DNA of 64,000 bases. Origin: Octopus vulgaris. Taxonomy: Eukaryota. Shown piece by piece: positions 40,499 through 53,889 of this stretch. The notes below the pieces were generated by a model that saw nothing but the letters and a program-made list of their open reading frames with translations, ran no database searches and was not told the origin of the DNA. The translations under genes and the position numbers were made by a program. Location of the stretch: the NCBI GenBank assembly GCA_951406725.2, contig OX597814.1, positions 196,106,001-196,170,000 on the forward strand, given 5' to 3'. Within the stretch, counting starts at the first letter, position 1. Each line of letters opens with the position of its first letter.

Positions 40499-41137
40499 AA
40501 TATGTGAATATATGTATACGTATATAAGGGGCGATGTTGACCGGATATTGATCACCCAGATATCAGTGATCTAGCAAGGCTTTATTGAATAGTCGGAGAG
40601 ATGATTCTGAAGTATCAATCCATCAGGTATTTTCTATTCAGTGCCGTTAGAATTGTTGGAAGTAAGGGAAATACAATCACCAGAAAAAGAAAAAAAAAGG
40701 AATTATGTTTTGGATTAATAATTGAGGTTTTAATTACATGAAATCAATAACAGGATCTTTTGATAGTGGAGAGAAGCATGACCGAAAAATAATTGGGTTG
40801 GCGATTATTTGTGTTGGTCAGTGTAAATCTAAAATGGAAGGCCCTGGTGCCAAATATTTTCCAGGGAGCTTGTTGTTTGTACTATTAGCTGTATACATGG
40901 CGGTGAGCAAGTGTAATCGTTACTAAGCCAGACAAAACGCTTAGCAACATTTCTTCCGGTTCTTTATATTGTGTGCTCAATTTCCGACGACATCAGATTT
41001 GTCTATCATCATTTCGGAGTCGATAAAATAAAATACCAGTCAAGTATTGGGGTCCATGGCATCAATTTGCTCTTCCTCTCAAATTTCCTAGCCTAGTAGA
41101 AAAAAATCATAAAGAATTATTAGCAGTATACCAATAT

Positions 41138-41322
41138 AGGTGCAAGCGTGGCTGTGTGGTAAGAAGTTTGCTTCCAACCATGTAGTACCGGGTTCAGTCC
41201 CACTGCAAGGCACCTTGAACAACTGTCTTCTTCTATAGCCTCAGGCAATACATAATACATACATACATACAAATATACATAATACATACATAGATGCATA
41301 CATACATATATATACATATATG

Positions 41323-41364
<42 letters not shown>

Positions 41365-41430
41365 CATATATATATACATATATACATATATATACACATA
41401 TATGTATATATATATATATATACATATATG

Positions 41431-41461
<31 letters not shown>

Positions 41462-41725
41462 GTGTGTATATGTGTGTGTGTGTATGCGTGAGTGTCTTTG
41501 CCTCGGCGTTTGTTCCTCACCGCTTATTGACACCGGTGTAAGTGTATTTGCGTTCCTGTAACATAGCGTTTCGCCAAAAATGTCCGATAGAATAAGTACC
41601 AAGCAAAAAAAAACAAAAAAAAAACAGTAAAAGTACCGGGGTCGATTCGTTTGACTAAAAGTCTTCAATACGGTGCCTCCAGCATGGCCGTAATCTAACG
41701 ACCGAAACAACTAAAAGACTACAAG
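41138..41725 (+). mobile_element. Older SINE family B with expanded internal microsatellite
   Basis: Homology to family B. Confidence 0.8.
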
Positions 41726-42421
41726 GAATAAAACAATTACGTACGGCAGCGATAGACGTTTAACTGAATCGGTGGGAACATATTTGACAAGGCATTATAA
41801 AAACTACCAGGAGATTAAGTAGGGAAAGAGGAGAAGAGTTATAAAGGCGGTGATGTATTGATTGTCCACTGGTATCGTAATGCCTTCCATGACGTGATTT
41901 CTGATTGCAATTTGCTGGCATCATATCATTACATTTCTTGTCAAGTCGCATCGATATATCAAATGTCTAATTCCTGAAAGTGGCGGTAGCGGTAGGGAGG
42001 ATATAGAAAGACGGGTATGGTTATCAGGATTATATCTTTATTATTATTTCAGTCGGTTTTTGCAAATACCATGAGTGACACTTGTGCAAGAAAAAACCTT
42101 TACTGCTAACAGTTAGCAAATTTGTTCGCAATGCAGGTGCAGTTTTTCAGATTTAGTTGGGACTTGGAAAGTAATTCACTGAGCAATGACAGAAGGCGTT
42201 GATAAGTGGAGGAATGGGTCAAAGGTGAGAGAATGGCGTTCAGATTTGAAAGCAATACACCAAGTTGATTTTCTGTGGGACATAGTGAATAAGAAAGGTT
42301 TGCTTTAATCTGAGTAAGTATATTTGACACGACGACAGGAAATTTAGAGCAATAAATACCATAGGGAGAGCACTGTGAATATATATATATAAATGTGTGT
42401 GTGTGTATATATATATATAAA

Positions 42422-42456
<35 letters not shown>

Positions 42457-42457
42457 A

Positions 42458-42505
<48 letters not shown>

Positions 42506-42630
42506 GGAGTAAACACACTGATGGCGTGGAGAGGGGAGGCTGGTATGCATGGGCGACTGCTGGTCTTCCATAAACAACCTTGCCCGGACAAGGTGGAAAA
42601 AAAGAGTACTCAAATACCAGTGGTAAAGTA

Positions 42631-42778
42631 ATATGCTTTATTTAAAGCAGCAGAAAATTCTACAAAACCTGTTACTCTGAGTTTCGCGTTGCCGTTCATC
42701 GGACAGTAACTGTCCGATGAACGGCAACGCAAACTCAGAGTAACCAGTTTTGTAGAATTTTCTGCTGCTTTAAATAAA

Positions 42779-42784
<6 letters not shown>
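42631..42784. repeat. ~75-bp-arm hairpin with 3-nt loop made of two head-to-head hammerhead-bearing pLTR ends
   Basis: 42631-42706 inverted to 42710-42784. Confidence 0.9.
42669..42706 (-). ncRNA. Hammerhead motif, U4C variant with GNRA stem II loop
   Basis: Minus strand: CTGT CCGATGA ACG GCAA CGC GAAA CTCAGAG TA ACAG. Confidence 0.7.
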
Positions 42785-42854
<70 letters not shown>

Positions 42855-42883
42855 TTTATTTAGAGCAGCAGAAATATATATAT

Positions 42884-43182
42884 GTGAAGGCGCATGGCTC
42901 AGTGGTTAGAGCGTCGAGCTTACGATCGTGAGGTTGTGAGCTCGAATCCCGGCCCGGGCTGCGTATTGTGTTCTTGAGCAAGGCACTTTATTTCACGTTG
43001 CTCCAGTTCACTCAGCTGTAGAAATGAGTTGCGACGTCACTGATGCCAAGCTGTATCGACCTTTGTGTTTTCCTACATAACATACATATATATATATATG
43101 AGCGACTTTTTTTTTGCTAGTTTCAGCTCAGGAGCTTTCGACAATCATGGTCATTCATGCACCGAAGGGGGTCTTTACCCTA
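42884..43182 (+). mobile_element. SINE family D, interrupted
   Basis: gtgaaggcgcatggctcagtggttagagc..ctcgaatccc..gtgttcttgagcaaggcac; tail remnant gggggtctttaccc. Confidence 0.85.
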
Positions 43183-43183
43183 T

Positions 43184-43240
<57 letters not shown>

Positions 43241-43604
43241 CTTGTTTCAGTCATTTGAGTTTGTGTCTATATGAAATCTCTCACACATATTTAGAGACAT
43301 ACGAAAATTAATTATTGTCAACATTATTATCGCGGCTATTTTCCAAAACATATATTTTTATCACAAGTCTAGACTTCTGTTTCTGAATCTGAAATCATTG
43401 CGATGGTGATGTTTAATGATGGTTGATATTGCCGTTGCAACCCCAGTTAAGACATGTGTAATATAATGCATTTTATTTTTTTTTCGTTCCTTTTAAAGAT
43501 AATACTATTGTTGTCTCAAGAATTGTTGTGTAGTTAGTGTCTATAAATTTATTATCGGTACTTGGCGTAAATACTAGACTTACCTACAGAAACAAACAAC
43601 GTTA

Positions 43605-43671
<67 letters not shown>

Positions 43672-43684
43672 CATACATACATAC

Positions 43685-43748
<64 letters not shown>

Positions 43749-43830
43749 TCGGATTAACATAGATAATACAGTCTGAATGTGTAATTACAAAAATACAACG
43801 TTCATTATTGTCTCATACCTACCTAACTAC

Positions 43831-43892
<62 letters not shown>

Positions 43893-44053
43893 AACACACG
43901 CAAATACCAAATAGTGAGAACGAGAGCTCTACACCACATTGATGGATAAATATTCATTATTTCTGAGCTAACAAGTCTAACAATAGTTATTATGTAGGGG
44001 GAAATCGCTCAACAATTATCAAGCCTACGACATGAAACCATTGGTAGCCCGTT

Positions 44054-44096
<43 letters not shown>

Positions 44097-44103
44097 ATAT
44101 ACT

Positions 44104-44310
44104 TTTATTCTATTCTTTTACTTGTTTCAGCCATTTGACTGCGACCATACTGGAGCAACGCATTTAGTTTAACAAATGGACCCCAGGATTTATTCTTTGT
44201 AAGCCTAGTACTTATTCTGTAGGATTCTTTTGCCGAACCGCTAGTTTACGAGGTCGTAAAACACACTATCATCGGTTGTCAAGCAACAGAGGGGGGACAA
44301 ACACAGATAT
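44104..44310 (-). mobile_element. SINE family B 3' half
   Basis: Homology to family B tail. Confidence 0.8.
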
Positions 44311-44472
44311 ACAAACATAATCTCCGAATGACCCGCCCTTGTTTTCTTTGTATCGTCTGTCTGCATGTTTTGCGTTCCTGTCCCATCCACCCGGAACCAC
44401 AGCCGCCACGCCTACGCCTCTCTCTCTCTCTCTCTCTCTCTACATATATATATATAAATATATATATATATA

Positions 44473-44815
44473 GGGGTAAAGACCCCCTTCGGTCATGAAT
44501 GACCATGGGATTGCACCTAGAATGTTACCCTCCTAGACACAAGTCTGGGCAAGGTTGTTTTTATGGAAGGCCAGCAGTCGCCCATGCATACCAGCCTCCC
44601 CTCTCCACGCCACCAGTGTTATCCAAGGGAAAGACAAAGGTCGATACAGCTTGGCACCAGTGACGTCGCAACTCATTTCTACAGCTGAGTGAACTGGAGC
44701 AACGTGAAATAAAGTGCCTTGCTCGAGAACACAACACGCAGCCCAGTCCGGGATTCGAGCTCACAACCTCACGATCGTAAGCTCGACGCTCTAACCACTG
44801 AGCCATGCGCCTTCA
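44473..44815 (-). mobile_element. SINE family D, full length
   Basis: Reverse complement of the 42884 head plus complete tail. Confidence 0.9.
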
Positions 44816-45134
44816 TAAACTCCGGAGTATATATATATTTTGAATTTTCTTCACATGAAACCAATAGTAGTCTTAATTCAGAAATAAAGAATTTACATGC
44901 ACCAATGCGTTATTGACCACATATTTCATCGTTCGAAATGTATATATATATATATATCGTTTTTGTATTTGGTTTGCAAGATATTTCATGCGAATTCGAG
45001 TGTTGAAGCATGTTCTATTGTGTCTGGAGTGAGTCATTCCGTTTTAATGCCTTATTAATTAAGACACTCGACTCTCAACAACTATTGTTATAGGAGAGAA
45101 TTGTACTTCGCTTGAAGCATTGTGTGTTGTTTGT

Positions 45135-45748
45135 AAAGAATAAGCAGTTTTGAATGGTGCACTATAATATTAAACTATAATATTAAACTACCACCTGTGT
45201 CATCTCTTGTGAAAGGTAGGAGAGTCCAGTTTGCTGGACATTGTTGTAGAGCTGAAAAAGAAGTAATTTCTACTCTTCTCCTCTGGAAGCCATCTCGCAA
45301 TACCAGAGGGCGCACACTCTCCTACCCTGATGTAATCTCCAGGGATACAGGCATCCAGCAACAGGACCTCCGTAATGCTATGATGGACCGTGAAGTCTGG
45401 CGTAACATAGTAAATTCCATTGTTTCGACCACGGTCGAACAATGATGAATGATGATAATATTAAATGCACTATAATATTATTGCACTATAATACATAAAA
45501 TAAAATGGACTATATACCTGTTGTAATTTAGTTATCCATAGTCCGATGATATTTCGGAATACAATTCCTTCTTCACATATTCTTAGATGGAGTCGCTGCT
45601 ATAATCGACCGACTCCATCTAAGAATATCTGAAGAAGGAACTGTAATATCATCGGACTACGGATAACTAAATTACAACAGGTATATAGTCCTTTTTTATA
45701 TATATATTATAGTGCATTGTTGTACCGTTCAAAACTTTTTATTCCTTA
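45135..45748. mobile_element. Hairpin PLE-like element with two damaged hammerhead copies; left arm split by the RTE insert
   Basis: 45502-45595 inverted to 45610-45691; outer arms 45135-45170 vs 45708-45748. Confidence 0.7.
45188..45454 (+). mobile_element. RTE-like LINE 3' end with 11-bp TSD
   Basis: RRVQFAGHCCR..LLLWKP..RGR..AMMDREVWR; (TGA)n-like tail; ataatattaaa at 45177 and 45455. Confidence 0.85.
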
Positions 45749-46159
45749 CCTTTATTGCTATATATGTTATGTGTTTGTATTTGTGTATTCCTCCTACCAA
45801 AGCCGTGATAACCGGTGCTGGTTTGTTTATGTACTCGGGGCTTTCTACTAGCACATGTATTCATTAATTAACACACTCATCGGATCGAATTCGTGTCATT
45901 TACATATTTATTTTTTCCAAAACTGTCGTTGATTCTTGTAACCTCTTCTATAGTCAATGACTCCCTGTAACTTAGCGGTTCTGCAAAAGAACCGATAGGC
46001 TAAGTATTAAGCTAACAAAAAATAAGACCTGGGGTCGATTTGTTCGACTTTAGGCGCTCCTCCAGTATGGCCACAGTCCAATGACTGAAAAAAAATAAAA
46101 GAATATATATATTTATATACATATAAGACAAAGGGTACGTACGTCGCTATATATATATA

Positions 46160-46250
46160 TATGTATATGTAAAAAAATACAAACTGGGACAAGAACGCAA
46201 AACATTTAGAAGACGATACAAAAAACACGGACGGGACATTCGAAGCCTTG
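46160..46250 (-). repeat. Dispersed repeat terminus (copies at 47490-47572 + and, diverged, 44325-44386 +)
   Basis: ttcgaatgtcccgtccgtgttttttgt.tcgtcttctaaatgttt..cgttcttgtcccagtttgta. Confidence 0.75.
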
Positions 46251-46765
46251 TGTGCGGCTACGTGTCTATACACACATACAAACATATACACATGTATATA
46301 CATTAGGGTCTGTTGCATTTTGAATGGTTATATTGAGTTATAATTTGCCAATAATTTAAACGATTGAATTAGGGAAATAACATGACAATATATAAGGAAA
46401 AACCAATCACAAGCATATCTAACTATAATTAATCGTCGTGGTTTGAGTGGTTGTCAAAACAGCCGTTAAAATGCGTCACACATTTATGGAGTGTCAAAAG
46501 CAGAACACGTGATCTATTCAGTTATTTACGTTAAAGACATGTGATCATTTCATGACTTTAGTATCTTAAGGAAGCTGACGTTAATCAGATTATCTATATA
46601 TTTGCCTATCAATAAATTAATCAATTGATCAATAAATAAATATACACGTGCTTCTCTACCTGTGTGTGAATGTGTGTGTATTGAAAATTATTGATTATTT
46701 TCTATGCAAAGCCTTCTTGGGAAAAAAATGAAATGTGTGTGCATGTGTGTGTATATGTATGTGTG

Positions 46766-46801
<36 letters not shown>

Positions 46802-47184
46802 TGTATGTATGTATGTATGTATGTATGTATGTATGTATTATGGTACTTGAGAGGGGTCATGTTGGGAGTGTCACATTTCTGTGACAGATGTGTGACGAAA
46901 GAACTCTGGCCGAAATACAATTAATATAAAATAAGGGTGAATCAAGTGAACAACAAATATATAGCGCTTGTATCTTCGTTGGGTAAACTGGCAACATAAT
47001 CATCCCCAAATGAAACAATATCTGTTTCAACATACAAATTCGCATCAAGAATCTTGCAAAACGAATATATGTATATGTATGAAATAATTAAGATTGAGTT
47101 GAATTAAGTGAGGCACCAAGTCAGGCAAGTATCATCCGCCCAGCTCGAAGTAAGGTGAATAACACAGTATATTCATATATATAT

Positions 47185-47386
47185 ATATTTCAAAATGTGA
47201 CCACGTGTGTACCGTAGGCGACTTTTTTTCCTCCGTCTTCCCTTCTCTGGATTTTTCCTTTTCCTATGTTTCTGACGAAGAGCTCCGCTCGAAACGTAAA
47301 ACTCTCCTTCTTCCCTTCCTTCCTGAGCGTCCAATAATACTATATTTGTTCCACATCCTCGTGTTGTTGTGTTTTCTCTTTGTATT

Positions 47387-47390
<4 letters not shown>
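47185..47390 (+). mobile_element. PLE-like pLTR family P1 copy
   Basis: Reverse complement of 250-460 and 1450-1645. Confidence 0.8.
47268..47302 (+). ncRNA. Intact 35-nt minimal hammerhead with loop-less stem III
   Basis: GTTT CTGACGA A GAGC TCC GCTC GAAA CG TA AAAC. Confidence 0.85.
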
Positions 47391-47433
<43 letters not shown>

Positions 47434-47580
47434 TCAAGATTAATCAGCCGAAATTGCGAAGATGATCCGGTTCTTGACTGATGATTGAGGGATTCGAATG
47501 TCCCGTCCGTGTTTTTTGTGTCGTCTTCTAAATGTTTCACGTTCTTGTCCCAGTTTGTATATTTTTTTACTTTTACACAC

Positions 47581-47631
<51 letters not shown>

Positions 47632-47634
<3 letters not shown>

Positions 47635-48197
47635 AATATTGATGAACGTTCCGGGAGACCCGCAACCAACAGAACTGAGAAAACGTCAGCGATGTACGTG
47701 CAGCAGTGGGGAGAAATCGTCTAATCACCATCCGTGAGTTATCAGAGGATGTGCAGATTAGTTACGGTTCAGTTCAGTCCATTATCACTGCAGATTTGGG
47801 TATGAGACGCGTCTCTACCAAGCTTGTGTCAAAACAGCTTTCAGCTGATCAAAGGGACACTCGGGTTTCATTTGCACACGATCTCCTTGAACGTGTCGAG
47901 AATGATGAAAACATTTTGAAAACTTTGCGTAGACCTCTGAGCAGTTATCGCCAAGCTTTTGGTAAAATTTGATGCACATTCTCTGCTGAACTTTCTCTGT
48001 CATCGTAAATGTGATGATCACACGCTACACACCTTCCTTCCAAGCACTGCTCTAAACTGCGTAAGTAAAGTAGAATGTTAAACCCTAGTACACATGCACA
48101 GCAGAGCTCAAGGCCAAACTGTGCCAAGCATCTTCCCTTTGCATGCTTTACCTCCGATACTATAGCAACAGTCCGGATACTTATTGACCAGACCAGG
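47632..48197. mobile_element. Rearranged mariner 5' region
   Basis: DERSGRP..ITIRELSEDVQISYGSVQSII..LGMRRVS on + (47632-47925); MTEKVQQRMCIKF and TIR-like cctggtctggtcaataagtatccggac on -. Confidence 0.8.
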
Positions 48198-48319
48198 TAT
48201 GTCAGTTTTGAGACAACCTGCAAATACATGTATGCATACATACATATATACATACATATATACATACATAGCTGCATGTATACCTACATATATACAAACA
48301 GGCATCCCTTGATACATAC

Positions 48320-49395
48320 ATGAGGCTGATAACATTATAAGACTTGGGAGGCAGATATTTGAGCAATATTTATTGTCTGATAACTTTAAATGCATGCGCA
48401 AAGAATTCGCACGACTCCACCGCAACGAATTATCCGATGAGCATATATGAGCAGAAGACCATGCATACGTATGTTAGTAGAAATCTCCGAGGTGATAATA
48501 ACATGGATCACCAAAGCAGTCTACCATGGACCAATAAACGGATTATTACTTGCCATTTTGAAAGGTACGCGTTTGAAATCCAGGAACAGGAAATATCAAC
48601 CAAATACTTGATGCACAAAAGGGACAGAGATGCAGGTAAGGCAGTAAAATGTGATAACCGATGAAGACCTTGTTAACAGTGAAGGTATCACCCACATCAT
48701 AAGCAGTTGTCCGAAAAAGTCATCACGGTATATCTACTAATGAGACATGATGTTGTAGCTAAGAGACTCTATAATGACATGCGTGAAGGATAACCCCGAG
48801 GACAAAGAAATAAGAACTCACAGTATGGTAGAAGCCATAGCCACTCATTATAAAAAGGAGTATTGGGGGAATGTTCCAGTGAAAACCCCAATAAAATATA
48901 AACACAACAGATCTGATATAATGATTTGGGATAGAGAAGAGAAACAGTGCTCAGTTGTAGAAATGCCCAGCGGGTGTTAAGATGAAGTTGAAGATCAGTG
49001 AAAAAGAGAACATCTATATTCAACTATTCAGAGTACAAGTTCAGGTTTATTCCTGTAATTATTGGGGCACTGGGAAAGGTAACATACTGGCTAGTTTCGA
49101 TCTTGAGAAATTAGGCTCTTCAAAACCAGAAAGGAGAAAGTTTATTCACAGACTATCGATCCAATCCATCACTGAAACTGTAAAAATTTGTAAAACTTTC
49201 CAGAAGTTTATCATTTGAATTTATATGAGCATGTCTATATATAAAACGATATGCATGCGAATACATACATAAAACCAAACATACAGATCTGCACATAGGC
49301 ATACATACATGCATAAAAAATACCCTGTTGTTGATGTTGAGATTTCAATGGAAGAGCCAGCCTTGGATCTAGTCTAGAAACCAGCTATTTCTCTA
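48320..49395 (+). mobile_element. Decayed R4-like RLE LINE 3' part
   Basis: AFEIQEQEISTKY, ITHIISSCPK, MRHDVVAK, HNRSDIMIWD, EKENIY, GALG-like residues. Confidence 0.8.
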
Positions 49396-49396
49396 T

Positions 49397-49809
49397 TACT
49401 CTTTTACTCTTTTACTTGTTTCAGTCATTTGACTGCGGCCATGCTGGAGTACCGCCTTTAGTCGAGTAAATCGACCCCAGGACTCATTCTTTGGAAGCCT
49501 AGTACTTATTCTATCAGTTTCTTTAGACGAACCGCTAAGTTAACGGGATGTAAACACACCAGGATGTAAACAAACAATGCTGGGGGGACAAACACAAACA
49601 CAAAAAAACACACATACACACATATATATATATATATATATACATATATACGACTGGCTTCTTTCAGTTTCTGTCTACCAAATCCACTCACAAGGCTTAG
49701 GTCGGCCTGAGGTTATAATAGAAGACACTTGCCCAAGGTGCCACGCAGTGGGACTGAACCCGGAACCATGTGGTTGGTAAACAAGCTACTTACCACACAG
49801 CCACTCCTA
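49397..49809 (-). mobile_element. SINE family B
   Basis: Homology to family B. Confidence 0.9.
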
Positions 49810-50414
49810 CACACATATACAGACAGACAGACAGACACACACACACATTTGGTGATGCAAACAGGATATATGCATACACATAGATACATATTTGTGTGTG
49901 GTGTGTGGGGGCGGGGTGGGGTGGGGTTGCTTGGGTGTGTAAGTTTTCTTTTCCGAAGTAAATATATTCAATTAATCCCTATACAAATGCATGCATCGTG
50001 TGTTGATTAAATAAACAATGATTTATCAATAGAATTTAGTATGTGTTTTTATTTCTTAACGCGTAATAGTAAATGTATGTATGAATGCATGAATGTATAT
50101 AACACATGTAATGTTATATAATATAATCGCAAGAAAATATGCATCCCCCCTTTATGTATTAATTTCAATTATCTATATTCTGGAGAAGCAATTAGCACCT
50201 TCTATGACGGAATGTATCCTTGACGATTTTGGTTCCAATCTGTTTGTTCTTAAAAAAGAAGCAATCTCAAATTTAAATAAAATATATTACCATAACATCA
50301 AGCAGATTCATGTTAACTGAATGCCATTGTTTCCAACCTACCTGATATATTAACGAATTTAGCAAATCAAGCCTGCTATTGAAAGTAACATTTCTTATGC
50401 AACGATAGAAATTA

Positions 50415-50980
50415 TTGGGTTGTCCGGAAAGTTCGTGCCGATTTATAGTAGCTTACATTTCGACTTATTTTAGAACATGGTTCAGTCCATAAAATAGGAT
50501 TTGACTACATCTCCATTTAGAGCACAGTTTAAGCTATCTTTTCGTGGAAGAAGGTTTATGTTCCTATAACCTGTGTTAATTCTGTAACCCTTTAAAATGG
50601 AAGATAAGAAAGTTCATTTTCGACACTTGATGCTTTGAGAACCAGACAAAAATTGCTGCAGCTCGGCTGGGATGTGTTACCCCACCCTCCATATTCACCA
50701 GATATTGCTCCTTCGGATATCCACTTATTCAGGTCTCTGCAGAATAGTCTTAATGGTAAAAATTTCAATTCCTTGGAAGACGTAAAACGATACCTTAATG
50801 AATTCTTTGCCATGAAACCACCTCAATTCTGGGAAGAGGGTATTTTCAAGTTAAAGAAAAGATGGAGACGCATTGTGCAACAAAATGGTTCATATTTGGT
50901 TGATTAAAAATGTAATGGCAAGTATTTATTGACCTTTATCTTTCTTTTAAAAATCAGCACGAACTTTCCGAACAACCCAA
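50415..50980 (+). mobile_element. Internally deleted mariner with both TIRs
   Basis: TA + ttgggttgtccggaaagttcgtgccgattt ... aaatcagcacgaactttccgaacaacccaa + TA; MEDKKVHFRHLML joined to WDVLPHPPYSPDIAPSD. Confidence 0.93.
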
Positions 50981-51320
50981 TACATGAGTCTAATTTGATA
51001 TATTGCAAGGAAGACCAAATGTAATTTATACACAGAGTTCCTAACGTAATACCTATATGATACATCTTAATGATATCCGAATTTTAGGTTGGCTTTAATG
51101 TAATTTTTATTGTATTGTAGTTAAAACTACTCAGCTAGCCTATCTGAATTCAGCTTTGATAGAAAATCATAAAAATGTAAACACATTCTCCGTTTTCAAT
51201 ATATGAAAAGGAAAGAGAGAATCCGTTGACAGACCGTTTCGCTGTTTGTTGTCGACTCTTCAGGTAAAATGTACGCGCATTCTTTTTCTGATTAATAACA
51301 TAGACTATTCTTCCATAGTA

Positions 51321-52202
51321 CGAGACTAATCCCAAAAGTAAAATCTCCAAACGCTTGGGACGCAGGAAAACTGTGTGTGCGGCTGTTGGCAACACTGTTG
51401 TGTTTGTTGTGCATGCGCCTGCAACTGCCCAGTCTGCCATGCTCAGTCTTGGTTTGGCGGTCGTATCTGTTGGAGCTCCTGATTGACGCTACCACCAAGT
51501 GTGAAGTTCGCGCAGTTATTCGGTTTGTGAATGCAAAATGTATTAAACTGATTGAAATTCCTCGCCATTTAACAGAAATGCATGGCGAGTGAAAAACATC
51601 GATCTGAAAAACGTCCGCAAGTGGTGTAGGGAGTTTGCAGGAGGGCGTACTGAAATTCATGACGAAGAAGCGGGCGACCATCAATTTCCGACGAGACAGT
51701 CACGAAGGTTGAGCAAATCCTGCGTGAAAACCGGCGGGTCACATTGGATGATCTTCGCATTTTGGTTCCTAAGGTTTCCGGAAGCACCATTCATAGAGTT
51801 TTGAGTGAAAAGTTACAATATCGGAAGGTGTGCACAAGATGGGTCCCATGAATGCTTACAGAAGACTATAAACGGCAACCCACCTAATAGTCCGGACTTG
51901 GCACCCAGTGATTACCACCCGTTCCCTAATTTGGAAGAACATTTCGCCAGGATACGCTTCAGCAACGACGATGAAGTGAAAGATGAGGTTCAACGCTTCC
52001 TCAATGAAATGGCGGTGAGCTAGTATGACATGGGCATACAAAAACTGCCCTAGCGTCTAAAAAACCGCATCGAGCGAAATGGCGATTATGTAAAAAAAAT
52101 TGATAAATGTTCAAACTATAAAATAATGTAAACATCATTGACAATAAACGTTTCTGGGATTTCTAAATATTTTTGGAGACCTTACTTTTTGGATTACCCT
52201 CA
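51321..52202 (+). mobile_element. Internally deleted mariner (different subfamily)
   Basis: Imperfect ~29-bp TIRs with TA; EVRAVIRF, NVRKWCREF, PPNSPDLAPSDYH. Confidence 0.9.
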
Positions 52203-52394
52203 TAAAAAGCAATCAGAAAACAGACCTTCGGCAGTTTTTTCCATTTCTCCATGCAGGTGGAAAGCGTAAAAGGAATGTGTTTACACTTTTATAATTTCTG
52301 ATCTTTCTAATATTTCAATTTATTTCAGTCCTTCTCTTTCACGTTGCTGCATGTATTTTATTTACTTTTTAAAAAAAGTATTTAACACTTAACA

Positions 52395-52556
52395 GTGCAG
52401 GAGTGGCTGTGTGGTAAGTAGCTTGCTTACCAATCATATGGTTCCGAGTTCAGTCCCACTGTGTGACACCTTGGGCAAGTGTCTTCTACTAAACCCTCGG
52501 GCCGACCAAAGCCTTGTGAGTGGATTTGGTAGACGGAAACTGAAAGAAACCCGTCG

Positions 52557-52615
<59 letters not shown>

Positions 52616-52821
52616 TTGTGTGTCTGTGTTTGTCCACCAACATCGCTTGACAACCGATGCTGGTGGGTTTACGTCCCCGTAACTTAGCGATTCGCGCAAA
52701 AAGAGACCGATAGTATAACTACTAGGCTTACAAAGAATAAGTCCTGGTGTCGATTTGCTCGACTGAAGGCGGTGCTCCAGTATGGCTGCAGTCAAATGAT
52801 TGAAACAAGTAAAAGAGTAAA
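52395..52821 (+). mobile_element. SINE family B
   Basis: Homology to family B. Confidence 0.9.
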
Positions 52822-53586
52822 ATACTTAATTTTGTTTCATAATTTACCTTATCTCGAGTGTGTCCCTTTTAAATGCAATCATTTTGTAACCGTATCGAAC
52901 AGGCTTAATGAAATTTCAGTTTCAAATTTCGCCTCAAAGCTAGCAATTTCTGAGAAGAGGCTAATCAATTTCATCCACCCCAGTTCTTATTTTATCTACC
53001 CCGTAATGATGAAAAGCTAAGTCAATCCAGATAGCATCTGCAGTCAGAATGTAAAGTCGGTAAAAAAAAAAATGCCTCAAATCATTTTGTTCGGCGCAGT
53101 AACAATTGAGTCTGCTCATTACCTTAAGTTCAATGAAATATCACTAGCCTAAGCTTGTTAGACGTTTTGCACTAATTATTCGAAGGTCTAAATGTCAATC
53201 ATGCTTTTTAATTAACACAACCTTTCGCCAACTGTTTTCATTGAAATCGAAAGACACAGATTCCAATTACTTTCGTATCTCAGTATATTTCTAAAAGTTA
53301 TTGTTTTATGATTTATATAACTGTGCGAACATATCTTTTTCTTCTTTCTTCTTCATCTTCATAACATTTCAATTGATGTTTATCTTACTTTTTGTTATTT
53401 AACTTGGTTTAATTACTTTTACTTTATTATTTCAACTTCAATCATCTTTATATTGTCAGCTTTCATAATACTTGATCGCATCTACTTAACTGTTGTCTCT
53501 GTTTGTTAACCACCCACATTATATGTCATTCCATTACGCATTCCTGCAAATTGGAACCCTTCTATCAAACAAGTACCCAACAATAT

Positions 53587-53829
53587 ACTCTTTTACTTGT
53601 TTCAGTGATTTGACTGCGGCCATGCTGGAGCACCGCCTTTAGTCAAGCAAATCGACCGCAGAGCATTTTCTTTGTAAGCTTAGTACTTATTCTATCGGTC
53701 TCTTTTGCTGAACCGCTAAGTTACTGGGACGTAAACACACCAATATCGGTTGTCAAGCGATGTTGGGGGACAAACACAGACACACAAATATACACATACA
53801 CACGTGCACACACACACATACATACACAC

Positions 53830-53889
<60 letters not shown>

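Noticed and set aside
44030-44052. CAT GAAA CCATTGG TA GCC, 3' half of an HHR
   Set aside because: No matching 5' core found upstream
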